Source of the DNA: Squalus acanthias
Taxonomy: Eukaryota
Assembly: GCA_030390025.1 (NCBI GenBank)
Contig: CM059433.1
Span: 24,244,001 to 24,308,000, forward strand
Length of the DNA: 64,000 nt
Direction of reading: 5' to 3'
In this document: one piece after another, positions 39,306 through 52,994 of the stretch
How the letters are laid out: each line of letters opens with the position of its first letter
Numbering within the stretch: position 1 is the first letter of the stretch
Translations under genes and position numbers: made by a program
Notes under the pieces: generated by a model
Database searches by the model: none
Told to the model about the DNA's origin: nothing
Seen by the model: the letters and a program-made list of their open reading frames with translations, nothing else

Positions 39306-40411
39306 AAGCAAAACAACACTTAATTCTGTGGCACTGCAATTTTATGGGTACAACTGTAACTGACCTTATGATCTTACATTTCTACACGAGTGTTCATGTC
39401 AGCTATTTCACACTAGTTGAAGTAGCTATCAAAGCAAGTCACAAGAGTCAGCTACATTTATTTACCTGAACAGTTTCACATAGGAATATTGTTAACCTGA
39501 ATTTAGCCATGTACTGTACTTTGCTGAAACTGTAACACAAGAGTGAGGTAATGAAGATGTTTCTCAATCATTACAACAGGCTAAGTTTCTCAAACTGTTT
39601 ACCAATAAATGAGAAAGATTACTCACAAACTAGCTTTAAGCAGAGAGCAGAGATAGAACCGACTACGCAAAAGCACTCACTTTTCCAGTTTCAGCTGGCA
39701 CAACTTTATCAGACCTGGAAATATGTACGCTATTGTACAGGCTTTGTATCTCATTACAAAATTACGTCTCAAACAATCCATATTCTTTACAGAGCATCGC
39801 AGTCACACCCTAGTGGGACTGGTGGTGACACACTACAAATAAAACTCCGTACCCACTGCAAGCAGGCAATTATGGATGTTATAGGCTAGGCTGCCTTAAA
39901 CGCACAGAGTGCTGAACTTTGCAGCAACAATGTTCCTGGCTTCTGTGATGATAATTGTAAACGCTCACTGTGGCAATGATTTTTGCTTTAATTAGATTCT
40001 GCCCTGCTGTGAAACATAAAAAGTACTGTCACTGTAATAACAATGTCAATAATACCAATGACCTGGCCATCCTTTTCTTACAGGAAGGTTAACAATCCCA
40101 GGATAAGGAAATCAGTACTGTGGCCAACGAACACACATATTCACACTCAAGTCACTTGAAGCAAATGCCAGCCCAACCACAAACAATTCGGTGAGCTTGA
40201 TGAAGCAACCAAGGGTGAGTCACTGATCGCAGGTGAGGAAGGGGCAACAGAGGTGGATGAAGGAGGGCTGTCTGTGTGTGAAGATGCAGCGTGAACACAG
40301 GTCCAGCTGAATCAATTCATGATTCTGGCCTCGAAGGGCCACTTATGGAGGATCTTTCACAAGAAGATTAAGTAACTTTCCTCGCTGCGCAATACAATGC
40401 AAGCTATTCTG

Positions 40412-41450
40412 CAACAACAACAACTTGTATTTATATAGCGCCTTTAACGTAGTAAAACGTCCCCAAGTGCTTCACAGGAGTATTATAAGACAAAAGATTT
40501 GACACCAAGCCACATAAGGAGAAATTAGGGCAGGTGACCAAAAGCTTGGTCAAAGAGGTAGGTTTTAAGGAGCGTCTTAAAGGAGGAAAGAGAGGTAGAG
40601 AGCCAGACAGGTTTAGGCAGGGAATTCCAGAGCTTAGGGTCTAGGCACGGCCACCAAAGGTTGAGCGATTATAATCAGGGATGCTCAAGAGGGCTGAATT
40701 AGAGGAGCGCAGATATCTCAGGGGGTTGTGGGGCTGGAGGAGATTACAGAGATAGGGACGGGCAAGGCCATGGAGGGATTTGAAAACAAGGATGAGAATT
40801 TTGAAATCGAGGCGTTGCTTAACCGGAGCCAATATAGGTCAGCGAGCACAGGGGTGATTGGTGAACGGGACTTGGTGAGAGTTAGGACACAGGCAGCCGA
40901 GTTTTGGATGACCTCAAGTTTACGTAGGGTAGAATGTGGGAGGCCAGCCAGGAGTGCGTTGGAATAGTCAAGTCTAGAGGTAACAAAGGCATGGATGAGG
41001 GTTTCAGCAGCGGATGAGCTGAGGCAATGGCGGAGACGGACGCTGTTACGGAGGTGGAAATAGTTGGTCTTAGTTATGCCATGGATACGTGGTCGGAATC
41101 TCATTTCAGGGTCAAATATGACTAAAGGTTGCGAACAGTCTGGTTCAGCCTCAGACAGATGTTAGGGAGAGGGATGGAGTCAGTGGCTAGGGAACAGAGT
41201 TTGTGGCGGAGACCGAAAACAATGGCTTCGGTCTTCCCAATATTTAATTGGAGAAAATTTCTGCTCATCCAGAACTGGATGCCGGACAAGCAGTCTGACA
41301 ATTTAGAGACCGTGGAGGGGTCGAGAGAAGAGGTCGTGAAGTAGAGCTGGGTGTCGTCAGCGTACATGTGGAAACTGACGCTGTGTTTTCGGATGATGTC
41401 GCCAAGGGGCAACATGTGGATGAGAAATAGGAGGGGGCCAAGGATAGATT
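40412..41450 (-). mobile_element. L2 LINE 3' portion
   Basis: FHMYADDTQLYF, SRLDYSNALLAGLP, VKQRLDFKIL; (caa)n tail at 40412. Confidence 0.9.
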
Positions 41451-41636
41451 CCTCCTTTAAGACGCTCCTTAAAACCTACCTCTTTGACCAAGCGTTTGGT
41501 CACCTGCCCTAATTTCTCCTGAGGTGGCTCGGTGTTAAATTTTTTGTCTTATAATAATCCTGTGCAGCACCTTGGGACGTTTTACTACGGTCAAGGCGCT
41601 ATATAAATACAAGTTGTTGTTGTTGTTGTTGTTGTT
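41449..41636 (+). mobile_element. L2 3' tail in opposite orientation, abutting the previous copy
   Basis: ttcctcctttaagacgctccttaaaacc...tataaatacaag(ttg)n; reverse complement of about 40412-40590. Confidence 0.85.
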
Positions 41637-42022
41637 AATGGTTGGGACTCATCTGTATAATTCCAGTAAGGGCGAGTACTGAACCAGCGCTTGGCTTTGT
41701 GTCCCAAAGAAAATCCACCAGGCAATTTTAGTTAAGATGTATGTACTAAGTTTTGCATTCTGTTCTGTTTGAAGAATGGACCAGTGTTACAGGCCTCAGA
41801 GGAAAACAAAAACGTTAATCAATGTCTGTCACATCTGTCCCACTCGGGGCACTGGCTGGTAGGCTGCAAGAGATCCCCTAATCCCCAGCCTGGAGCCTTC
41901 CTTCCTCCAGCTCTTCGTCTGCAAGCGTTGCTTTTTCAATAGTAATATTGTGCGTCACTCAGCTTAAATTGCAAGACACCATTAGAGTAGTCAAAACATC
42001 AGAAATAACATCTATTATATTA

Positions 42023-42637
42023 GAGCAAAATAATGCGGATGCTGGAAATCTGAAATAAAAACAGAAAATGCTGGAAACACTCAGCAGGCCAGGCAGCATC
42101 TGTGGAGAGAGAAACAGAGTTAATGTTTCAGGTCGCTGACCTTTCAGACCCAAGGTTCTGACGAAAGGTCAACCCTGCGCGCATTTTTTTTGGACAGCAG
42201 TAACTGGTAATGATTTTATTGCCATTTACACCTCTTCTAAACCCATCTTTTGTTTCTTTACTTGCCTCATTACCATCGCCTTTTGCCTTGCACCATCATC
42301 CCTTTTGTCATTTAATCTCTCCTGCCTTCCGCCCTATCACAGACCTTTTCTCCCCTCCCCCCTTTCATTGCCTCTATACTGGCTTAAAACCTCTCTGGAG
42401 TTTAGAATGAGAGGTGACCTCATTGAAACATATAAGATTCTGAGGGGGATTGACAGGGTAGATTCTAAGAGGTTGTTTCCCGTGGCTGGAGAGTCTACGA
42501 CTAGGGGGCATAGTCTCAGGATAACTTTTTCCAGCTCTGATGAAAGGTCATCGACCTGAAACGTTAACTTTGTTTCTCTCTCCACAGATGCTGCCTGACC
42601 TGATGAATATTTCCAGCATTTTTCTGTTGTTATTTCC
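42023..42637. mobile_element. Composite Penelope-like terminal element with an internal CR1 segment
   Basis: Inverted pLTR (42023-42145), Penelope 3'UTR, CR1 ORF2 piece (about 42391-42523, LEFRMRGDLIETYKILRG), then a forward pLTR; flanking 9-mer attatatta at 42014 and 42638. Confidence 0.7.
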
Positions 42638-42668
42638 ATTATATTAAATAACATTATGTGGTGTGGGA

Positions 42669-42812
42669 CAACGTTCCCCCCCTAAGCTGCCCGGCCGCGC
42701 AGTGATCAGGAGGTCCCACGCAGGCCACGCACCAGCTGCAACGCTGGAAAAGATACCGCGCAGCAAATTTAAAGGGACAGCGCACCCAAAATAAAAATTA
42801 GAGGGAACATTG
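42669..42812. mobile_element. hAT-type MITE (144 bp)
   Basis: TIR caacgttccc...taa / ttagagggaacattg; 8-bp TSD gtgtggg(a/g). Confidence 0.75.
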
Positions 42813-44434
42813 GTGTGGGGATTCTACAGGAGGTGTAATCTGCCAGTGTGGAGTAGGGAACTCATGCATTCGGTCTTTCCCCATTCAAGTTACCCAACAA
42901 CTATGATATCGTTGATTCCCTCAAGATGTGTGCACGGTGAGCGCAGCCCAGAAAATGTGTGTTCGCTGGCAGAATTTTTTTGCTGGTGGTTGCAAAACAT
43001 CTGAATGTTGAGGGGGAAGTAAGCTGTTCTGTTGATAAATGGGAAGAAAGGCCTGCAGGTGCACTAGCAATGACGCGAGTACAATTAATGAGGCTTTATG
43101 TTCAGGGAATGGCAAATGACTGGTGAAATTGGGACTGTCTGTGCACTTGCTGCTGCACACTGCAGCTTAAGTTAGACTCATATCATGGACTAAGTTTACA
43201 TAATTGCGCCATTTGCTATTTTTGATGTTATAAGGAGCGACAGGAAATAAGATTTAATTTCACTGAAAACTGTACTCTGTTCAATCCTGTATTACAGGTA
43301 AAATAAATCAGTATGTTGGCCAACAATTGGCCTCGCCTCACTATACTGATCATCAGTCCGCCTTCCAGAAGTTAGGAGAAACACACATGGGACACATGTG
43401 CAATCACAGAATCCAGCACACACCTCGAGGGGTTTTACTGTTATGGCTCCGGGTCACACTATCGCATGTCTAGATATTGGGTAATAAAGGGACTCCCCAG
43501 ATGCAGGGGTTTGCTTACGGGAGGCAGTGTTGGCACTGAATCCAAGAGAATATCTAGGGCAGACCCAAAATGTGCGACATGGAATAAATGGATGGATTTT
43601 TTCCAGAGAGCAGGCACAGTCATAAAATAAAATTCGGCGCTATAAAAGTCTATGATGCTATGTTACGAGAGCATCTGGAGGAGAGAGCTCGGTGCACACA
43701 TCTATGTATGCATGTGCAAGTGTTCTTTTATCGCTTATCTCAGCCCGATCCGCAGCAGCAGCAGCAGCGTAACTCGAGCCTGCTGACTGCACATCACACT
43801 ATACAGATACCAGACTGAGACCAGCATCTGTGGTACAACAGCAACCTCAGATTGATCATTGTGTAGACCCAGATTAAAGAGGCACCATTCTCGCCTGGTA
43901 AAAAGGTCACTTTAACAGCAAGGCGTCCAGGTACATCGTGGAGTTACCGATCAAATCTGCGCTTAAAAATGTAATTTGAATAAATTTAAATAAGCTACAT
44001 GAGACTTGAAACACAATTTTGTACTGCAGCTGATGTTGCCCAGCAGGTAAACTGGAACAGTTTCAATGAAGTTTCACCATAAAAATGTCAGTTTCAACCT
44101 TTGCACTAATGTCGACAAAACGTTAATCTAGCAGATTACAAATGTTCTCCAGCCAAAACAAAATCGACTGAATAAAGATGATGTAATGTGCCATCTGTCT
44201 TAGGTACATAAGTTTCAGTTCCCCACGACTAGCCACAATCCCCACACATATTTTTGTTCCATGGGCATATAGACATTTGGAATGTATTTTTCTTTTAATA
44301 GCGAACACATGTAATGATTTTATACAGAAAAGAAGAATGATGGCCTTTTTGCTAGCACATCATTTTTTTTAACTTGCAGCTGGGATCAAATTATTTTGAA
44401 AAAAAAAGTCTCAAATTGTCCCTATATGATTTTA

Positions 44435-47073
44435 ACAAGACTTCAAGAGGACATTGACAGGCTGGTGGAATGGGCGGACACATGGCAGATGAAATTCAAT
44501 GCAGAAAAGTGTGAGGTGATACATTTTGGGAGGAAGAATGAGGAGAGACAATACAAGCTAAATGGTTCAATTTTAAAGGGGGTGAAAGAAGAGAGAGACC
44601 TGGGGGAGCTTGTGCACAAATCTCCAACGGTGGCAGGACAGGTGAACAAAGCAGTTCATAAAGCCTATGGGATGCTGGGCTTTATAAACAGAGACTTTGG
44701 CCGGGTTTTGCCGGTGCTCAGCGAGCGGGATCAGTGGCAGGTTGGCAGTTAAATGTCAATTGATTGACAGCGGGTCGGGAACCCGCTGTTAAATCGCGCA
44801 CACTTGCCTTTCCCGATGTCGGGTCTGCCAGCGCTGAGCAGACCCAACAGGCAGCGGCGGGGGAGACAATTTAAATGATTAGTGGCTTGTTTATAGCCAC
44901 TTAACAATGGTTTTAAACTGACCTTTTGAATTTGACAGCTCGCCCACGGGTTTCACGCTGTTGCTAGACCACATCTGTAAAGCTGAGGTGGCAGGTCAAT
45001 GGCCATTGAATCAGCTGATGAGTTGACAGCTTCAAATGTCAAGTAAAAGCTCCCACCTTACAGAGATATCTTCCCTCAGCCACTGCATTTCCACAACAGA
45101 TTCACCATGCTGCAAGTCTTTACACAAGTCTCCATCCAGTCTGACCTCACTATCTCTCTCACCATTCACAGATCGCTTCTGTCATCTCTCCTTCAGCTGC
45201 CATCTATTCCAACAGCATGAGTGCCCTTTATACTCTCTCACATTGGTCCTCAGAATCCGACCACAATCAGCCCCAACACCAGCATCACCGGGCACACCAG
45301 CAGCACCAACAACAACACCAACCTTCTCCGCAATCAACTGATGCTGCACAGGACACAGGGCATCAGCACCCGACCACATTGCTGCCCGGGAGGCCAGGGA
45401 TGGCCTCACCATGGCCAGATTTACTTCACTTGACGCTGTACACCCTGGCTGCCACATGATGCGCCAGGTTGGCACCACCCCACACCAACACCATAAAGCA
45501 TCCCTACAATGCCCAAGCCATTCTTTTCACACTCATCACTATTGCGGGGGGGGTTACCGTTATGTCTCACCATTCACTGCAACTCACTAAGCCACTTCCA
45601 AAAGGTACACACAAATCTGTCGAAGAACACAAAGTGTTGAAAATAAAGGTTTCAATGTTTGACAGCACATTAACAGAAACTTTGCATGAACATTGGATAA
45701 AACACCCAAGTGCCTACCCGTGTGTGTTGTTAGTTGGTATGATTGCACTAGGATGAGGGCGAGTGTGAGGGGTGTCGAGTGAGATGGGGATGTGATAATA
45801 TAGATAGAGAGGGATGGGTGGAGATGCAAGGTAAGTTGGTGTGAGTAAGGATGTGCAGGAGTAGGGTAGGGAAGGCAGAGTGATGGGGATGTGATGAGAG
45901 GCACAGCAGGATGAGGTTGAATGTGGCTTTCTACTAACGTTTCGTGATCTACTGAGATCATTGAAATGTTTGCGGCACTGCACCCAGGTCCTCCTGGCCA
46001 CATCCCTGCTTGTGCCCTCCTCTGCAATGTGCAACCAGGCTGTGTTGATCTCCTGGGGAGGTCTCTTCTGCCCATGGGAAGGGAAGAGGACCTCCCTGCG
46101 TGCTCTGACTCCCTCCATAAGCATATGGAGGGAGTCATGGGAGAGCCTGGGTGCAGCCCTGTGCCTTTGTGCAGTGCTTGTCAGTGTTTGCAGCACCTCA
46201 ATGTTGTAGAACACAGACAGCACAAATGTCAAAATAAATTTGGCCATGGTCCCTTTAAGGAAACCGGCTGATGACGCATCATCAAATGACTTCATCAGAC
46301 TTGTTTCCTCTAATTGGCCGGCAAACATGCCAGGCAGGCTTAACAAGCCCAATCAGGGGAAACTAATTTCAGACAGCGGGATGTAGCCAGCAGTAGGGTC
46401 GGGACCCGCCACCGACGTCGCCCACCCCGGACCCACCGAGGTAAGGAAAATCGCGGCCATAGAGTACAAAAGCCAGGAAGTTATGCTAAACCTGTATAAA
46501 ACACTGATTCAGCCCCAGCTGGAGTATTGTGTCCAATTCTGGGACACTACACTTTAGGAAGGACATGACGGCTTTGGAGAGGATACAGAAGAGATTTACT
46601 AGAATGGTTCCAGGGATGAGGGATTACAGTTACGTGGACAGACCGGAGAAGCTGGGATTGTTCTCCTTGGAGCAGAGAAGGCTGAGAGGAGATTTGATAG
46701 AGGTGCTTAAAATCATGAAGGGTTTAGATAGAGTAAATAAAGACAAACTGTTTCCAATGGCTGAAGGTTCGAGAACCAGAGAGCACAGATTTAAGGTGAT
46801 TGACAAAAGAACCAGAGGCGACTTGAGGAAAAGCCTTTTTACGCAACGAGTGGTTAGGATTTGGAATGCACTGCCTGATAGGATGGTGGATATAGATTCA
46901 ATAGCAGCCTTCAAAAGGGAATTGTATAAATACTTGATGGGAGAAAATATTGCAGGGATATGGGGAAAGAGCGGGGGAGTGGGACTAACCAGATCACTCT
47001 TCGAAAGAGCTGGCGCAGATTCGATGGGCCAAATGGCCTCCTTCTGTGCTGTATTATTCTATGATTCTATGAT
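44435..47073 (+). mobile_element. CR1 LINE fragment split by a Harbinger element
   Basis: ORF 44396-44752 (LQEDIDRLVEWADTWQMKFN) resumes at 46459 (atagagtacaaaagcc) and runs to a (ttctatga)n tail. Confidence 0.85.
44699..46458. mobile_element. Internally deleted PIF/Harbinger DNA transposon with a Myb/SANT-like ORF remnant
   Basis: Imperfect TIR ggccgggttttgcc / ggaaaatcgcggcc; minus strand about 45940-46170 reads RAAPRLSHDSLHMLMEGVRARREVLF...AWLHIAEEGTSRDVARRTWVQCRKHFNDL, the trihelix Myb-like protein of Harbinger elements. Confidence 0.78.
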
Positions 47074-49444
47074 TTTGTTTGACAGTCACGAAAGTCTAAA
47101 GCTGGCAGCAGACTTCTGTCTCTATTGGGTCATAGCCCAGGCAACGGAGTGAGGCTTGAAATGTGATAAGATAAAAACCATTTGTCCATTGTAATTTGCT
47201 GGAGAAACGTTTCACATATCTGATCTTACTGGCACTTACTGCAAAATATGCTCCAATCCCTTATTAATACTCACTTGTCAATCCCCTGTACTCGAGCAGA
47301 AAGTCAGCTTTTTGCACTTGGATGCTAGTCAAACTTGTCTGCCAATAGCTTGCTTGGCTTCACCAAGAACATGTGGCCCTATGTATTATAGCTTCTCAGC
47401 AGGCTAATAGTGCAACACTGCACCATCCAGCTAGCACTTTGCTAATATTCTAAATTTCTCTTCACAGCTTAACAACATCATCTTGCACTTGTATAATGCC
47501 ACTCACGTAGAACGTGTCGGAGCATTTGATAAAGTGGGAGAAGAAGACGCTGAGCAGATAACAGAAACAATTAAAGGGGGAACCAAAAGCGCAGATGAAG
47601 AGACTGGTTATCAAAAGGCTTTTGGAAGTGATGGGGGTTTTGGGTGTGGGTGAAACATACAATGGGAGAATAGACAGAAAAGGTGGGTCAAAACTTATCT
47701 TTTAATGTGCATACTTTTAAAAATAAGTAATGTAACAATCAATCTCACTCTCCAGCAGTCAGGTCTGGTGGGAGCTGACTGTTTGGGCCAAACAAAGTTT
47801 CTGAGATACTAGATTTCCTCTTTATCTAATATAATACTGGGAATAGAATATAGACAGAAAGTAGTTTTTTCTTTCATCCTTTGCAAAACTGACTGTTTAC
47901 CAGTACAAGAGTTCTTTTCTTTCTCAGAAGAACTGCCTTTCACAATCCCGCTCAAATAGAAACCGCACATCAAGGGATTGGGTAGGAATTAAATTCATGC
48001 CTGATCCTCAAATGTTTCATCTTTGAACCGCACTGTTTTTTTAAGAAAGCAGTTTACTGCATTACGGATCATGGCCTTGAATTTCTGCCGCTGCGCTGCC
48101 ATAACTTTGTCGGAAGTGCATCGGAAGCCCTGTTTTTGCGTGCAAACAGACTCTCCGCTGCACTTCCGACAAAGTTACAGCTACTTTTCTCTCTTGGCCT
48201 CCTGAAAGCCCCGACTCCTTGCTGGGTCCACCAGAGTTCCCCCACACCTCGATCAAGTGGTCATGTGTGACCCTAGACAGTGAGTGTCAGAGGTCAATTC
48301 TACTGCAGAGGGCATCAGCGCCAAGCTCAATTCCCAGTCGTCATCCGATGCCCACAAATGCGTACCTTCAGCAGGTATTAGGAGCAGCACCCTTTGGTGA
48401 TTTGCCCTTCCCTAACCCAGGAACGCTGAGGCCAATGTTAATCGCCCTTATCACTGCCCCTCAGCAAGAGCAAGGATGGAGCCTGCAACCCTCCTGTTCT
48501 GAATGGCTCAGCTATTAACTGCCCTAGCCAACTGCTGACTTTTCTTTTGTTCAACTCCCATTTTTATAACAGTAACTTTCTCCCTTGTCATGCATCATCA
48601 AAAAGATACTAGACACAAAAACAGGAGCACGGAAGTGACCCAGGGTAAATGACCTTCAAATTTTCCTCCATTCCTATGGGGACCTGTTGACTTGCTGCTT
48701 CGACCAGTTAGGCTGAGATCGGAAATGTTCTGTATTGGAAATTGGGGGTTCAAGCCCAAGTTCTAATCTCAACAGGTGATTAGTATGGTAACATACAGCG
48801 TCACAGACTATCTCCTGCCAGGAACCTTAACTAAAAAAAAAACTATAACCTACTTCACCCTATAAACTACTTACTTTTCATTTTTTTCCTATCAGTTCCT
48901 AATATGTAATATAAAAATAAAGACACACCAACAATACTCTTATCAACAGATGTTGCCGAATGCATTTTGAAGGACATAGAAATTTATAGTAAAACGTTAC
49001 ATGTGGAATGCATCTGAAAGATTATACAGCACTGCTCATGAACAGAATAAAAAAGAGTCTATTCATAATTACTTTCCTATCTTCTTGTACAAAACAGCAA
49101 AGACACACACACCAAGTTACTTAATTGCAAGACACTGTATGCACAACACAAGGTAACATCTGCATAATTATCCTTTTGAATACATCATGAATTTTGCTTT
49201 CTGACACAGTATCTGCACTACATTGCAATCAAGCTGGCACAACTGGTTAAAAGGTCCACTGCAGTTTTGGTGGGGTTAGCAAGTGATATAGATGCTAATT
49301 CCTGGTCTGAGTATGTCTGCTCAGCAACAACAAAGAACATGCATTATAACCAGCTCCATATGTAAAAGGGAGATCATTTTACAAGGGGACGATATAGAGA
49401 CTGAGTAGGAAAATCTGGGGAGGAGGTGGAAATAAAAGGCACAG

Positions 49445-51069
49445 TACTACTACTTTCGTATGGCGGGAAAAGCTTACAATGGGATGTCTAGTTTGTCTAT
49501 CCATTCGATGGCCTCCTGAGATACCGAGTGGAGAAATGAGGTGCCTCCCGCAACAGATCTTAGTGTGATGTGTTCCATGGTCTGGTACTCATGGCCATAC
49601 TTGCACTTCGGGTCGTCCTTCATCGTGCACTTGTGGAGCAGGCGTGTGGATTGGGTTGAGCGCTGTCCACTATATTCGAGGGAGGTTGAAGCCAGGGACC
49701 TCTGCTGTTGGTTCAGTGATGAGGTGTTGGTTCTTTATGTTGCATGCATCCCACGATTCCGCCCATCTGGATAGTGGGTCGATACCAGCTGCATGACTAT
49801 TGGCTGCTGTTTCCCAGAAAGGCCGGCGCGATTTTAAGCATTTTCGTGGTGGGTTTTTCAAGTCTTCGTGAATGGGAAGGTCGATGTTGTTCATGATATT
49901 TCCCATCTCATGGTGCACGGTGGCGTTATGGCGAATGGCAGGCGGGGCAATGTGGGACAGCACCAGAAGCCACTCAGTTGGAATGGACTTGAGCGTCCCT
50001 GACACCGTCCTCATGGCGGTGTTTAGCTGCACGTCCATGATCTTTGTGTGGCGGCTGCAGGACCATGAGGCAGAGCAGTATTCAGCAGCAGAGTAGACGA
50101 GGGCCACTATTGCGGTGTGAAGATTTCTGGCTGTGCTCCCCCATCATGTTCCAGCGAGTTTCCGGACCAGGTTCACCCTGGTTTTTATTTTTGGCCGGTG
50201 TTGGTGAGTTGAAGCCGATAGGTAAGAGTCTTGTCCAGGGCGACCCCCAGGTATTTTGAGTGCGGTTCATGGGTAAGTGGCCTTTCGCAGAAGGAAACGT
50301 TGAGTTCTTTCCCAGCGGCGTTGTTGTTCAGATGGAACGCCGGCACAACTGTCTTCTCTGGATTGAGGCGGAGGTGCCGGGTCAGGCTGTAGTATTCCAG
50401 CTGATCCAGGTCGCTTGTGAGCGTCCTACTTGCTTCCTCCAGTGTTGACACCTGCGTCATCGGCAGAGGCGAACTTCCAGGATTTGGTAAAGGGCATGTC
50501 TGCCATGTAGATGTTGAAAAAGGCCAGTGCGAGCACTGACCCCTGTGGCAGACCGTTGTTGAGCGTCCGTGTTCGGCTGGTCTTGTCACCAAGATAGACG
50601 CGGAACTTCCGGTTGCTCACTAGGGTGTTGATAAGCCTGAGAGTCTTGCGGCATTGGATGATTATTGAAAGCTTCAGTAGCAGGCCTTCGCGCCAGACAG
50701 TGTCGTTTGTCGATGACAAGTCTATGAAGGCAGCTCCAGTCTTCAGCTGTTTCTGGAACCCTGTCTCAGTGTTGGTCGTGAGTGCAAGGACCTGGTCAGT
50801 GCAGCTTCTTCCCTCTCTGAAGCCCACATGCTCGTTTGAGAGGGCAGCTTCTAAAGCCGGTTTTATCTGGTTAAGGATGAGCCATTTGACCACCTTATAA
50901 GCCATAGACAGAAGGACAATGGCGCGGTAGCTTTTGGGATCGTTGGTGGTTTTCCTGGCTTTAGGGTGGCAATGACTTTGGAATGGTGCCAGATTTATGG
51001 GATTATCCCAGTGTCAAGGATGTTGGAGGCCACATCCATCCATTTGGGCCTTGTTCTTGAAGAATTCTG
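49445..51069 (-). mobile_element. 5'-truncated RTEX-like non-LTR retrotransposon
   Basis: GFREGRSCTDQVLALT, AAFIDLS, NNGLPQGSVLA, LVYSAAEYC...LSHIAPPAIR; tail ccatacgaaa(gta)n; 10-bp TSD aaaggcacag at 49435 and 51070. Confidence 0.8.
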
Positions 51070-52591
51070 AAAGGCACAGCAAATTAGCACCAGCCCAGGG
51101 ATTTATATTTGTCATTCTCCCACAAGTTGGAACACCGATCTCAGATATATCACTGTGGGGGAGGCGCTGAGAAGAGGTGAGGTACTTCCCACAGGGCAGC
51201 AAGGAAGATCAGAGGATGAATCAACCGGGGTTGTCCAAGCACATCACCTAGTCGCCAGATTTAAATATAACGGCAAATCACCACCTACCCTTTTGAGTTG
51301 TGGATCAATTTAAAATTGTCACTAAAAGAGTGAACTTATGTCTTTACCAAAAATAAAAATACTTTGAGTAGGGAGAGGGAAAGAAAAAGAGAAAGAAATG
51401 GCCCTTGAGATAAGTTGCTCCATATAGGAATTTCCTCCAAAAGACAGGACAGAATAACGGAAGCAGCCTCCTCTGAATATCCAGCAGCTGTGAACTATAC
51501 TCAAGCCACACATTCTGAAACCTTGCATCATTTCCAACTGGAGCCAGAGGTGGCTTGAAGGCTGGAACCATCCTCCGTTACTATAGTAACGGCAGGTGAG
51601 GGTTCAAATCAATCGTAAAGGGTCAAATTTGTTGGGCGAAATGTCCTTTTCTACCCTGATTCCTACATATTCTTCTGCTCTTGCATCAAGTATCACGAGA
51701 TGACATCCGTGCATGAACAGCTACGGCAGCACATGCACTGTCATATTCAAAGTGACTTGTCAACAAGAAGCTAGCAGCTTTACAATTTTGGCTGAAATGA
51801 AATGAGAAATATAGCACCCAGTACAGGTGACTGTGAATCAGGCATCAGATTTGGAATTGTTGCAATACTGATCTCAGAAGCTATTTAGGAAGAAATGCAC
51901 ATTTAATGGGGCTTAATTTGCTATTGTTTTTTTAACATTCGCTCAACATTTTTGGTAAAGATGAAGTAAGAGGCCAAAACAGCTTCTGTTAATAATGCTC
52001 CTGCAAACAGGGTGAAAGGTTTCTCAGAACAACAAATCCATACATCCAGTTGTGCCAAATACATCAAGCATACTTAAAAGCAGCAAGCTGTGACTGTCAC
52101 ATAGGCTATCAGGATCCCTCAATGGTATTAATGTATTCTCCTCCTCCATCTTCTTTCTCTGCATTTCTCTTCAGACACCTGTTTGTCGGATTTGCAAACA
52201 TAGATCCTATAGTTCCATTAAATAGCTTTCATTAACAATATGAATGCTAAAATGGTCCTGTCTTTTTAGCAATCTCACGTCGTCTGTCAGGGGATGCAAG
52301 GTTGCATTACAGGAGTGACTGGTGACACTAAGCCCCAGAGAATATCCACTGTAGACCCATGAAAGTTGTAACAACATGCAAGACTGCAACCCCCAAAGTA
52401 AGGCAGGAGGTCACAATCTACCCTGTGAGACCTCCAGCAAATGCTGAAGGGTACGTAGGCCTGGTTAGCAGGGAAGGCCAATTAAGTAGGAGTAAACACA
52501 AAATAAATCAAGAATCAGTGATTGTAACTGGATTCCAACAGCAACTAGAATTTAAAAAAAGGCATTTATTTAGTGCTAATCACATATTGAG

Positions 52592-52962
52592 AATGGAGGT
52601 TTTCAAAATAATAAATGGATTCAATAGGGTAGATACAGAGAAACTATTTCCACTGGTGGGGGAATCCAAAACAAGCAAGCATAATTGTAAAATTAGAGCT
52701 AGGTCATTCAGGAGTGAAATCAGAAAGCACTTTTTCATACAAAGTGTCGTGAAAATCTGGAACTTGCTCCCTCAAAAGGCTGTGAATGCTGAGGGTCAAT
52801 TGAAATTTTCAAGACTGAGATCGATAGATTTTCGTTGGGTAAGGATATCAAGGGATAGGGAACAAAGATGGGTAAATGGAGTTGAGGTACAGATCAGCCA
52901 TGATCTAACTGAATGGCGAAACAGGCTCGGGGGACAGAATGGCCTCCTCCTGCTCCTATGTC
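52592..52962 (+). mobile_element. CR1 LINE 3' end
   Basis: EVFKIINGFNRVDTEKLFPLVGES...VVKIWNLLPQKAV. Confidence 0.8.
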
Positions 52963-52994
52963 CCAAATAGTCATTGTTGTTAAGTAGGCAAAGA

